A stretch of 64,000 nt of DNA, taken from positions 3,617 to 67,616 of IMG/VR virus record IMGVR_UViG_3300020147_000065. One strand, given 5' to 3'. Both the position numbers and the translations under genes were made by a program. Below are positions 8,444-17,148 of this stretch, piece after piece. This DNA is from a virus. How positions within the stretch are numbered: the first letter of the stretch is position 1; each line of letters opens with the position of its first letter. Under the pieces are notes generated by a model, which did no database searches, was not told the origin of the DNA, and was given only the letters and a program-made list of their open reading frames with translations.

Positions 8444-8616
8444 AACACGAAAAGAAGATGGTCTGTCGTCAATGTGGTAAAATCTTCCCACTTCAAAGAA
8501 CGATGGATTGGGTCCACCCTCGTATAGAAGGTGAGAAAATATCAGGTGTATGCCCTGATTGTAATAGGAAAAGGATTGAATACGATGAGCGAACCGGTAA
8601 CATTAACCCTCGATGA
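8440..8616 (+). CDS. Small Zn-ribbon protein (CRQC...CPDC)
   Basis: ATGA coupling, two CxxC motifs. Confidence 0.6.
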   Translation: MKHEKKMVCRQCGKIFPLQRTMDWVHPRIEGEKISGVCPDCNRKRIEYDERTGNINPR

Positions 8617-8872
8617 GATTGTAAGCAAAATCTTCGAAAACAATGACACAGCATTAAATGCTTATTTGGCCGCACACGGGGCAGACGAATACACTATTCG
8701 CCGCTTTAAACCTGTGTACGAACCAAGTAAAGAACGACCTGAGAAGATCATTGATCGTGTGGCCATTGTTCCCAACGAAGATTTTCTGGCCGTCATTGAC
8801 CTTAGTTTCGATGAGCTAACTGAGAAAAAGTATCAGACTATCGAAATGACAACCAACATCAATTACAAATGA
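8585..8872 (+). CDS. Hypothetical protein
   Basis: ORF track, start reassigned to ATG after AAGGA. Confidence 0.6.
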   Translation: MSEPVTLTLDEIVSKIFENNDTALNAYLAAHGADEYTIRRFKPVYEPSKERPEKIIDRVAIVPNEDFLAVIDLSFDELTEKKYQTIEMTTNINYK

Positions 8873-8897
8873 GCGTGAAGATATTACGGAAAAGAAA

Positions 8898-9083
8898 GTG
8901 ATGTGTAAGGTTGCCACACCAGATGGCGATTTTATTCCTTATGAAATTTATCGAATGGAAGATGACGGTAATGGTAATTTCAAGGTTATAACTAATTTTG
9001 AAGGTAAAACCATTGTCGCACACGTCAGACAACTTCAATTTGATAAATACTTTACCACATATGACGAAAGGGAGATAACATGA
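8898..9083 (+). CDS. Hypothetical protein
   Basis: ORF track. Confidence 0.55.
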   Translation: MMCKVATPDGDFIPYEIYRMEDDGNGNFKVITNFEGKTIVAHVRQLQFDKYFTTYDEREIT

Positions 9084-9097
9084 GTTATCTCCCTTTC
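9066..9097. terminator. Bidirectional terminator between convergent genes
   Basis: GAAAGGGAGATAAC-ATGA-GTTATCTCCCTTTC, 14-bp stem. Confidence 0.75.
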
Positions 9098-9100
9098 TGC

Positions 9101-9190
9101 TTACTTGCGTCCGCCAGCCTTCTTACCAGAAGAGGTATTAACCATCTTGTAATAAGAGCCTGAACGCTTGGAATTTGTTACCTTCGCCAT
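9101..9190 (-). CDS. Very small basic peptide (29 aa)
   Basis: MAKVTNSKRSGSYYKMVNTSSGKKAGGRK; AGGAG RBS. Confidence 0.6.
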   Translation of the reverse strand: MAKVTNSKRSGSYYKMVNTSSGKKAGGRK

Positions 9191-9218
9191 TTGCTGTTCT
9201 CCTTGTTGTGTGGGTCGT

Positions 9219-9398
9219 TTAGCTGCCGCCTTCTACGTGAGACGGATCAGACTTCCAGTTAGGTGACTGGATATTGGAATGACTCTTCTGAGACATCGAA
9301 GTAATCGGTGCGGTGCCCAGAGGCTTTGCAGGACGAATAGGTTGGTTGCTCAGGGTTGGAGCCTTTTTGGGACTCGTTGAAATAATCTTTTTGGCCAT
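9219..9398 (-). CDS. Small basic Pro/Ser/Lys-rich peptide (59 aa)
   Basis: MAKKIISTSPKKAPTLSNQPIRPAKP...HVEGGS; GGAGGT RBS. Confidence 0.6.
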   Translation of the reverse strand: MAKKIISTSPKKAPTLSNQPIRPAKPLGTAPITSMSQKSHSNIQSPNWKSDPSHVEGGS

Positions 9399-9450
9399 TT
9401 AATGAGGTACCTCCGCGATTTTAAACGTATATGTTAGTACCCATGTTCCC

Positions 9451-10194
9451 CTAAACGTCTTTCCATGTTCGAAATTCCATAATAGACTGAATCGTGCTTC
9501 GTGCCACATTGAAGCGGTGGGCTAATTTACCGTAAGAAACAGTTCCTTTAAGGCCGCGAATTACCTGCACATCTTCGCGCGAGAGAATAGCTGCCGGTTT
9601 CTTTTCATTAAGAGTCTTACGAATAGCTTCTTTCTGCTGTTCTGATACTGCTCGACCCCGTCGCTGCTCTGACCATAGTTTCCTGGTTTCTGGGCTTGGT
9701 TTTCTTCCAAGATTATTAAGTCTCATTTGCTCAATATGCTGCGGTGAAAGTTTCCGACCTCTTAGAGGACTTGGGCGACCTTTCTGGGTCATACTTCTCT
9801 TTAAATTAGAGTCGGGTGTGGTGAAATTCAGAGCACCATATCTCTCTAACATAGTTCGATTTCTTTGGGCTATAGATTCGGGTGATCTTTTTACTCCTAA
9901 TGCAGTTGCTACAACTTCAACACAGATATTCAATTCAGGTTTAAGTTCGTTAACGTAAAATTGTTCTCTGTTAATTAAATCGTTTGTTTCTTCAAGTATA
10001 GAAAACTCAAACGCTTGTTCTCCGTACTTATTCCAAGAATTTTGTAATTTCTTGTTACAGTGGTTACCTTTTTTCAACGCATTGATGTGTTGTTTCCATC
10101 GAATTTCTATTTGAATAGAACTACCAATGTAGAACTTACCATTGACCTTGTTCGTTATCTGGTATATTCCAGATTTGTGGATTTTATTACCCAT
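9451..10194 (-). CDS. Free-standing GIY-YIG homing endonuclease with NUMOD3-like repeats
   Basis: SGIYQITNKVNGKFYIGSS..RWKQH, REQFY..LN; basic GRK-SPET repeats; C-terminal HTH. Confidence 0.92.
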   Translation of the reverse strand: MGNKIHKSGIYQITNKVNGKFYIGSSIQIEIRWKQHINALKKGNHCNKKLQNSWNKYGEQAFEFSILEETNDLINREQFYVNELKPELNICVEVVATALGVKRSPESIAQRNRTMLERYGALNFTTPDSNLKRSMTQKGRPSPLRGRKLSPQHIEQMRLNNLGRKPSPETRKLWSEQRRGRAVSEQQKEAIRKTLNEKKPAAILSREDVQVIRGLKGTVSYGKLAHRFNVARSTIQSIMEFRTWKDV

Positions 10195-11179
10195 GACTTC
10201 TTCTCCTAATTCTAAACCAACATTTGGTATAATGTGCACCACATTCGGTGGTGCTCCATACGTACATCTTCAGTTGGCGATCCGCCGAAAATTTTTCGGA
10301 AAGGTCCCTATGGCGATTATAGATGATTGTTCCTATCAGAGTAAAATTTTGATGAAGCTCTGCGAACATTACGATGCCTATTTTCTTTCCGGTAACGAAC
10401 GCCTCGGCCACCTGCAAGGCGACCTTCAGGCTCATCGTCTGGGCCTCGAATGGGCAAAATATCTCGGTTTGGAATACCTCGTAAAAATTTCCAGACGTTG
10501 TGTGCCCCTTTTTGACTGGACTGGTGCCTTTATAAAAACCGTTGAGGATACCGGACACCTTCCAACTTATGCGGGTACTGACAATTATTTTATGTACCCA
10601 CTACGCTCCGAATGCTGGGCCATGAATGTAGAGGAATGGTATCCAATTAAAGATGAAATTTTAGGTGTAGCAAAAGAAGCGGCTGAATATACTCTTCATC
10701 GTCATGCGGTCAGGCTCGGTAACATTGGCCCTGATTGGGGCCTCTGTGCTGAAAATCGTAGAGTGCGTAAAGAGGGAGTTCTGTGGCACGAAAATACTAC
10801 TCTGGAAGAATACGCTGCCGCAGCAAATCAATTTGGTTTAAAATATACCGCAGAAGATTTCGATAATGTAAATGGTGGACTCGGACTGGGAAATGAGAAA
10901 TGGCGTCATTCGGTACCGGGAAGTGTGCTTCCGTGTCCAGGAAAAGAAACTCGCCCTGAACAAACTATTCGAAAATTAGAACAAAACAGAGTAGGACAGA
11001 ATATTTCCGTACCAAAGGCTAAAAAATCTAAGCGAATTGAGACATGGCCACCAGTTAAAGAAAGGATTATCATTCCCAAATCAACTCGTAGAGGGGAAGA
11101 AGCGCCTATTCCACAACCGCGTCCATCTACTGGTGCGACGGTCAAACCAATTAATACCGACTATATTCACGGTGACTAA
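10193..11179 (+). CDS. Putative glycosyltransferase-like (GT-A) protein
   Basis: N-terminal GIMCTTF...AIIDDCS pattern typical of GT2; start uncertain. Confidence 0.5.
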   Translation: MTSSPNSKPTFGIMCTTFGGAPYVHLQLAIRRKFFGKVPMAIIDDCSYQSKILMKLCEHYDAYFLSGNERLGHLQGDLQAHRLGLEWAKYLGLEYLVKISRRCVPLFDWTGAFIKTVEDTGHLPTYAGTDNYFMYPLRSECWAMNVEEWYPIKDEILGVAKEAAEYTLHRHAVRLGNIGPDWGLCAENRRVRKEGVLWHENTTLEEYAAAANQFGLKYTAEDFDNVNGGLGLGNEKWRHSVPGSVLPCPGKETRPEQTIRKLEQNRVGQNISVPKAKKSKRIETWPPVKERIIIPKSTRRGEEAPIPQPRPSTGATVKPINTDYIHGD

Positions 11180-12000
11180 TGTTTTTTGTTACACAACCAA
11201 TTTTTATTCCTGCGGCAGACAAAGCACAGAGGTATATTGATTCCATCACCTCATTAGGTGAATACATGCGAAAGTATTATCCAACTGATCGCCGTATTAG
11301 CTTCGCCTTCGGAGGATGGTGTTTTGATGATGAATTTTGGGGAGTAGCAGCAGCCACCATTAAAGAGTACTTTCCTGATGCTCCCTGTGTTAGATATAAA
11401 GAAAATAAAGGTAAAGCAGTTATCATCAACGATCTTTCCAGACAGTTTCTTTATGATAATCCTTACCTTATCTCCGTGGATAGCGATATTTTATTTCCTT
11501 TCTACACACCATACATGTTTGATAGACTGGATATAATGTTTCAGATGTCTCAGAAGATAAGAAAAACACCACCTGGAGTGATAGGGCTTAAACAGGATGA
11601 GAATGGTGTTCACTATCAGTCTGTTTATAGTAATCAATATGAGTATGAGACGGCCATCCACGGGGTAAATTATCGTGAGAGGTTCGTGTGGCCCAATATC
11701 CGTGGAGGCATTGGTGGCGGATGCCTTTTAATCAACGCTGAGTTATGGAAGAAGATTGGTGGATACAGAGTAATGGGAGTTTACTCGTCTGATGACGGTA
11801 AACTCCTGTTGGATGCTCGTAATAACGGTTATTCTATACAGGTTTCTGACTCCATTTCTATTATTCATCCCATAGAAGATGATCCGACTTATGGTGTATG
11901 GAAGCGTAGAGTGTGTCAGGCTACTACTCGAACTGGTGTGAAGGCTGATATTACACAACAAATTAAAGAAGCTGATGATTTTTGGGCACGTAGACGTTGA
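11179..12000 (+). CDS. Glycosyltransferase family 2 protein
   Basis: ENKGKAVIIN, LISVDSDI (DxD), GGGCLLI..W.KIGGY..YSSDD. Confidence 0.8.
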   Translation: MFFVTQPIFIPAADKAQRYIDSITSLGEYMRKYYPTDRRISFAFGGWCFDDEFWGVAAATIKEYFPDAPCVRYKENKGKAVIINDLSRQFLYDNPYLISVDSDILFPFYTPYMFDRLDIMFQMSQKIRKTPPGVIGLKQDENGVHYQSVYSNQYEYETAIHGVNYRERFVWPNIRGGIGGGCLLINAELWKKIGGYRVMGVYSSDDGKLLLDARNNGYSIQVSDSISIIHPIEDDPTYGVWKRRVCQATTRTGVKADITQQIKEADDFWARRR

Positions 12001-12025
12001 CTTACGTGCTCATTTTTGTTATACT
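11997..12025 (+). promoter_or_regulatory. sigma70-type promoter
   Basis: TTGACT-N17-TATACT. Confidence 0.7.
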
Positions 12026-12044
12026 GTACGTGAGGTACACAAAC

Positions 12045-12818
12045 ATGATATTGATTGAAACAAACAACACCTTCTTTGCTGTGGCACATGAGGACGATGG
12101 GATTTTCAAACCAGATCGCCGCCCCATCATTTTAAATGAGCCTGGACCAACTGCAAAAGCTATCAAACATCTTAAAGATGCGGGAGCAGACTCTTATTTA
12201 AGCTCTACTGGTAAGTTTGGTAATAAAAACATACAAAAACCACAACCACCCTCTCCCTACAATGATGTCAGGGTTGGTGTGGAAGAAGAAAATCCAGATC
12301 AGCTACGTTTAAAACTTCTTGAAGAGAATCCTGGTATTAACTCTGACGCTGACTTTCTTCCTCACCCTGATGAATTACGTGCTCAGGCTCTTGATCTCGT
12401 TTTGAGTGGAATGGCGGCTGCAACCGGAACTCCTGTTGAACACGTAAGAGAAAACTTTAACAAAAGTCTCTACAGAAAAGATGAGAAGCAAAGTTTGATT
12501 GAGGCATCTGAAAGGATCGTCAACAAATTAAAGAATAATCCTGAAGAAGCCAGGAAATTCCTGACTTCTCTTCGACCAAAAGAGGCCCCTTACCGACCAA
12601 ACAGAAAGCGTAAAGATTTACTGAAAGCTGGTCTTGCGGCTCCTGAATACATGAGTAAGCCTGTTTCTACATTTGCTACTCGTTTAGAGGGTTACCTACC
12701 ACGGGGTATTTATATTACAGACCCAGAGGAAAAAGTCACCCATGAAGTGAGTGATGATGTGAAGTTAGCGAAAGCTGTTCTCGGATTGAACTCAAAATAT
12801 AAGGTGAGATTAGGATAA
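12045..12818 (+). CDS. Hypothetical protein
   Basis: ORF track; start at ATG after GAGGT. Confidence 0.7.
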   Translation: MILIETNNTFFAVAHEDDGIFKPDRRPIILNEPGPTAKAIKHLKDAGADSYLSSTGKFGNKNIQKPQPPSPYNDVRVGVEEENPDQLRLKLLEENPGINSDADFLPHPDELRAQALDLVLSGMAAATGTPVEHVRENFNKSLYRKDEKQSLIEASERIVNKLKNNPEEARKFLTSLRPKEAPYRPNRKRKDLLKAGLAAPEYMSKPVSTFATRLEGYLPRGIYITDPEEKVTHEVSDDVKLAKAVLGLNSKYKVRLG

Positions 12819-13057
12819 TGCCGAAAACAATTGAATACAAATGTGAAGTTTGTGGAAAGAGAACGTCGGCCTTTGACCTTGAGGGTCAAGACTCGACGCA
12901 AATTTGGCTGCTCCTAACCGAAGAAGTTGTCATGCCTTATTATGAATATGCTGCTCCACCGATCAGAAAACGTCTGTCGGGTATTTATTGCTCCCCAGCC
13001 TGTCTGGTTTCGTGTGTAGCACCGGAAATAAGGGTAGTTGATCTTGATGACAAGTAA
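12818..13057 (+). CDS. Small Zn-finger protein (CEVC...W...YCSPAC)
   Basis: Cys pattern shared with 4163 and 7901. Confidence 0.7.
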   Translation: MPKTIEYKCEVCGKRTSAFDLEGQDSTQIWLLLTEEVVMPYYEYAAPPIRKRLSGIYCSPACLVSCVAPEIRVVDLDDK

Positions 13058-13268
13058 ATTTATAGTTATTTATCTTGATGATACCTACTTCTGTGTGGCC
13101 ACACAAAAAGAGTACATCGAGAGATTCGAAAAAGGACTGGGTGTTTATAAAAAGTCAGAACCAAACTCTGTTAATGCGAGACACATGAGAATGGCAATGG
13201 AATATTCTTCATGGATATGGAGATTGTTTTATACCGAGGCTTTACCATATAAAGGTTACTATTACTAA
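13047..13268 (+). CDS. Hypothetical protein
   Basis: ORF track. Confidence 0.55.
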   Translation: MTSKFIVIYLDDTYFCVATQKEYIERFEKGLGVYKKSEPNSVNARHMRMAMEYSSWIWRLFYTEALPYKGYYY

Positions 13269-13353
13269 GGAACTCGAAGGTAAGCTAAGCCTTCTTACTT
13301 TACGAACTATTCCCTTTGCCAAGAAGGGAGCTTTTATTTAGGAGAAAACAAAA

Positions 13354-13995
13354 ATGGCAAACAGAGTTTGGGTTGGTACTACGAGTACGGCCTATAATAC
13401 CACAACCAACTGGCAGGGTGGAACAGTTCCCGTAAACGGTGATTCTGTAACTGTAGCGGCTGCGGCTGTCAACGACCTTGTTCTAAACCCAGGTACAGCA
13501 TTATCCCTGGCTTCTATTGCTAACGAAGTCCCCGCTAACCCTATTCGTGGTTATAAGAAAGTACACCTTGGTAGCGATGCTTCTGGTGTTGCTTCTGTAG
13601 GTAAGGTAACCGTTACCGGAGACGCTAAGGCTAACTTTGGTAATGTATCAAACTTTGAAGTAGATGGTGATATGACCGCACCCGCCGAGGCTTCATTCCT
13701 CGACGGTAAGGTAGACGGTAAGCTAACTCTTGAAGTTATAGCTGATGTTTCTGAACTGACACTTGCAGAAGACCCTGATCTTAATATCAAATCAACTGTT
13801 GGTGCCGGTGATGAACTTGAAGGTACAGTGTCTCTTGGAGAGGACGCTGTTAAACCAGGCTCTATTATCTCTGATGAGCGTCAGGCCATGCTTGATGCTA
13901 TGGATGAGGGACTGGCCACAGGTAGTGTTCGGGGCACATTCCGCGTTGATCGTGGTAAAGTAGTCCCACGCAGCCAGTTCTTAACATCACAATAA
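13354..13995 (+). CDS. Probable virion/appendage protein with W-x-G...NW..G.VP..GD N-terminal motif
   Basis: MANRVWVGTTSTAYNTTTNWQGGTVPVNGDSV; strong RBS, own terminator. Confidence 0.55.
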   Translation: MANRVWVGTTSTAYNTTTNWQGGTVPVNGDSVTVAAAAVNDLVLNPGTALSLASIANEVPANPIRGYKKVHLGSDASGVASVGKVTVTGDAKANFGNVSNFEVDGDMTAPAEASFLDGKVDGKLTLEVIADVSELTLAEDPDLNIKSTVGAGDELEGTVSLGEDAVKPGSIISDERQAMLDAMDEGLATGSVRGTFRVDRGKVVPRSQFLTSQ

Positions 13996-14013
13996 AAATT
14001 GGTATTGATAATG

Positions 14014-14047
14014 AGGGGCAAGTCTTTTGGCTTGCCCCTCTTTTTTG
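14014..14047 (+). terminator. Rho-independent terminator
   Basis: GAGGGGCAAGTC-TTTT-GGCTTGCCCCTC followed by T7. Confidence 0.85.
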
Positions 14048-14130
14048 GGTACAAAAAGAATCTCGATGCATTTTGCTTCGTTAGGAAATACAGGATACCG
14101 ACTAAACGGTACAACAAAGGAACAATAAAA

Positions 14131-14439
14131 ATGAACCCACTAGATTACCTCTCTCCTGAACAAGGAAAAAACTTGTACAATCAATACGTCCAGCAGGACG
14201 CGGCAGAAGTAGTTAACTACAGCCGAGTATTGTCCAAGGCAAAGACCAAATTAACTGTAACAGAAGCTCAGCAAGCTGCCAATCAAGACGCTAAGAAAGT
14301 CAAGTTCTATGAACAGGCTGTCGCAGAATGCCTAAATGAAATTAGCAATGCCGAACTTCGTTTAGAACAGGCAAAAGCTTTCTTAGAAACAAGTGTTTCT
14401 GAAATGAATTCTGCTTTCCCACCTGAAGCTGGAGAATAA
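14131..14439 (+). CDS. Coiled-coil hypothetical protein (possible fibre chaperone)
   Basis: AAGGA RBS; Ala/Glu/Gln-rich helical sequence. Confidence 0.6.
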   Translation: MNPLDYLSPEQGKNLYNQYVQQDAAEVVNYSRVLSKAKTKLTVTEAQQAANQDAKKVKFYEQAVAECLNEISNAELRLEQAKAFLETSVSEMNSAFPPEAGE

Positions 14440-14444
14440 AATAA

Positions 14445-16424
14445 ATGCCTGATGTAGCTTATGTTCCATTTTCCTTAGCGGAACTTTCTGATGATGTTGA
14501 ACTAACCCCGGTAGTTTCTACCGGGGATTTGTTGATGTTTGGATTAGAAGGTAAGTGGAGGAATCTGGAACATGGGCCTGAAGGTTATATTTTAACTTCC
14601 CACGGGGATAACGAAGAGCTTAGTTGGGAGCCTCCTGCTATCCCAACATCTTTAAACAACGGTGGCGGCAGTGTCGCTGTGAACTTATCGGGTGCCATTA
14701 CGCTGACTCCTGCGAGTGGGCAGCCCATTTCTCTCATCAATAACGATGTTGGTTTTTTTGTTGATGCTGACAATGAAATTCGCGTTATGAATGCGTCTCG
14801 AACAGGCTGGCGAAATCTCACGTTCGGCGGATTCTACGCATACAACAGTGCAACGGTCTCAGGTGGGTTTCGGGCAGGTCAGGCAGTCGTTGCCAACACG
14901 GCGTTATCCGTTACGCCTGGCGCTGTGCTTCACGTTGTCAACTCTGACGCTTCTCAGCCTGTCCTAAGGCTCGATTGCGCTCTTGGTCAAAGCGCGAATG
15001 CGTTCGAGGTGCGCGATAGTGACCGTGTAATTAAAGCCTCGATAGACGCAAGCGGCACGATAAGAGCAGCGCAGAGCGAGTTTGCTGGTGCAGCGACTTT
15101 GGGCTATTACGGAAGCACTGATTTTGCTAAATTCCAGCACGTCGGCGCGAACACGTATGGGCTATTGCAAGGCGTAGATGGCGCAACGTATCTCAACGCA
15201 GCGGCAGGGCGATCTATTCATTTTCGCATTGACAACTCGGAAAAAATGACGATGGACTCGAACGGCAACCTGAGCGCGGCGAGTGCAACGATAGGCGATA
15301 ACACGTTAATGTTGGGCGGACAAGGCGGAGTTCAATTGATTGTCCGTAGGAGTTCTGCGGACATTGTTGCTTTCGGCAGAAACGCATTTCTTGCTCCATT
15401 TCTCGCTCTTGCCTCTAACGCGCTCGTTACGTGGGGAGGCACCGCCAACTCTGTTAATGCAATTCCTGACACGGATATTCATCGTGCTTCGGCTGGTGTT
15501 GTCGGTATTGGAGACGGTGCAGGAGGACTCGGCAACCTGAGCGCAGCGGGTGCGACGTTTAACACAGGTGGAAGCATAAAGATTGCCGGGTTGCCGGGTG
15601 TTGAATCATCGTATGGCGCATTGTGGATGGCCCAAGGCTCACCTTCTGGCTCTAATTACGCGCTGACAGGTAGTGCGAACGAAACGATTTTGAACGCGAC
15701 GAATATTATTTACCTGCGGCTCAATAATGGAATTAAAGGGACTCTTGACTCAACGGGATTGGCCCTAAGCGGCAACCTGAGCGCAAATCAGGGGAACTTT
15801 GGTGGCCTCATTCAGAATCAGAACGGAATCTATTGGAATAACTTTGCTGGTCTTGGGCTAACTACTACAGCCGGAGTGCCGGGACGATTGATTCTGGAAA
15901 GTGCAACGGCAGCCGTTGCACTTGGAGGGATAACGGGCGCTTACCCAATGCTCAAGCGCAACGGCACCGGCATAGATTTCCGACTGGCTGACGATTCGGC
16001 CTACGCCAATATCGCAGTGGCGGGGCTTGATGTTGAAGGCCGCTTCAATGACGAAATCAGTGTGCGTGGCACGGGTAAAATCCATCATTCGGGTGGAGCT
16101 TTCTATATTGATGATGCGACGCATGATTTAGCTCTACAAGTTGGAAGCGTTGGAAGCGTTGGAATTGGTATATATAATCCGAGTGAGAAGTTGCACGTAG
16201 ATGGAAATATATTATCTACGGGTGGAATTACTTCATCAACTAGAATTTCGATTTATAATGGTGGTATAGAACAAGCTTACTTTGATGACAGCGGTAACTT
16301 GGGAATTACCGGCGCAATAAAATCTTCTCTTGCTGATTCAGCACCCGGTGATCCTACTGTTCCAGTTGCCTGGAAAGTCGAATACGTTGATGGTGTTCCT
16401 TACAAACGCCCTTTATATCTTTAA
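14445..16424 (+). CDS. Mosaic tail fibre / receptor-binding protein
   Basis: Gly/Ala/Asn-rich; GSVGIGIYNPSEKLHVDGNI fibre-shaft motif; repeated GNLSA junctions. Confidence 0.8.
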   Translation: MPDVAYVPFSLAELSDDVELTPVVSTGDLLMFGLEGKWRNLEHGPEGYILTSHGDNEELSWEPPAIPTSLNNGGGSVAVNLSGAITLTPASGQPISLINNDVGFFVDADNEIRVMNASRTGWRNLTFGGFYAYNSATVSGGFRAGQAVVANTALSVTPGAVLHVVNSDASQPVLRLDCALGQSANAFEVRDSDRVIKASIDASGTIRAAQSEFAGAATLGYYGSTDFAKFQHVGANTYGLLQGVDGATYLNAAAGRSIHFRIDNSEKMTMDSNGNLSAASATIGDNTLMLGGQGGVQLIVRRSSADIVAFGRNAFLAPFLALASNALVTWGGTANSVNAIPDTDIHRASAGVVGIGDGAGGLGNLSAAGATFNTGGSIKIAGLPGVESSYGALWMAQGSPSGSNYALTGSANETILNATNIIYLRLNNGIKGTLDSTGLALSGNLSANQGNFGGLIQNQNGIYWNNFAGLGLTTTAGVPGRLILESATAAVALGGITGAYPMLKRNGTGIDFRLADDSAYANIAVAGLDVEGRFNDEISVRGTGKIHHSGGAFYIDDATHDLALQVGSVGSVGIGIYNPSEKLHVDGNILSTGGITSSTRISIYNGGIEQAYFDDSGNLGITGAIKSSLADSAPGDPTVPVAWKVEYVDGVPYKRPLYL

Positions 16425-16428
16425 TACC

Positions 16429-17145
16429 ATGAGTTACACACGAATTTTTACAATTGATGCGCACCCACTCGCTGAATTAACAGCACAGTTGGTAGATAAG
16501 GATGGCTCCCTTTCAGGGGGAGCCATCCCTTTCTCTTCTTTCAATTTACTTAATAGCTCAGCAAAAGTAAATAATTATGCGGTAGAGGTTACGGTACCGG
16601 ATGATTTTACTGGTGCTTTGCTTATAAATAATTCTTTAAATGAAAGAACATCTTCTATCTCTATAAACAAAGATATATCAACTTTGTTGAATTCTATCAA
16701 GAGTAAAACTGATAGTATCGTGGACGGAAGAGTTACAGTATTGTCCTCAATTTTACAGGATGATGGTGTAGTTAACGTATTTAGATATGACACCTGGAAT
16801 CTCAACATGTCTAATCTGGGTAACCTCAGTGATAAAGTTGTAATTTTTTCTCTGGCTAACTCTAATCCAACTGACACTAAACCGTATTTATTAATACGGA
16901 GTGACACAGGATTGGAAATGATTAAAGGAAAGGTCACAACCGAAGAAGAAAAAAGTTTAGGTTCTGTAACCTTATTAGATGAAACCAATGGACGTATTGG
17001 AATAAGAGTTGATGAATCTATCACAAGTCAGCTAACCACGGGGAGATTCATGTGGAGTGTAAAATCTTCTGAGAACGATGACATTCAAACACTTGCTTAT
17101 GGAGACTTTAAAATCATAAAAGAAATTTCCAGAGTCATAGTATAA
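16429..17145 (+). CDS. Putative structural (baseplate/fibre adaptor-like) protein
   Basis: Beta-rich; C-terminal GRIGIRVDESITSQL...TLAYGDFKI pattern; context. Confidence 0.5.
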   Translation: MSYTRIFTIDAHPLAELTAQLVDKDGSLSGGAIPFSSFNLLNSSAKVNNYAVEVTVPDDFTGALLINNSLNERTSSISINKDISTLLNSIKSKTDSIVDGRVTVLSSILQDDGVVNVFRYDTWNLNMSNLGNLSDKVVIFSLANSNPTDTKPYLLIRSDTGLEMIKGKVTTEEEKSLGSVTLLDETNGRIGIRVDESITSQLTTGRFMWSVKSSENDDIQTLAYGDFKIIKEISRVIV

Positions 17146-17148
17146 GAG

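Noticed and set aside
9451..10194. Group I intron around the GIY-YIG gene
   Set aside because: No interrupted host gene or intron core visible; flanks are complete small genes.
14445..16424. Diversity-generating retroelement target
   Set aside because: No reverse transcriptase and no TR/VR pair with adenine-specific mismatches seen in the window.
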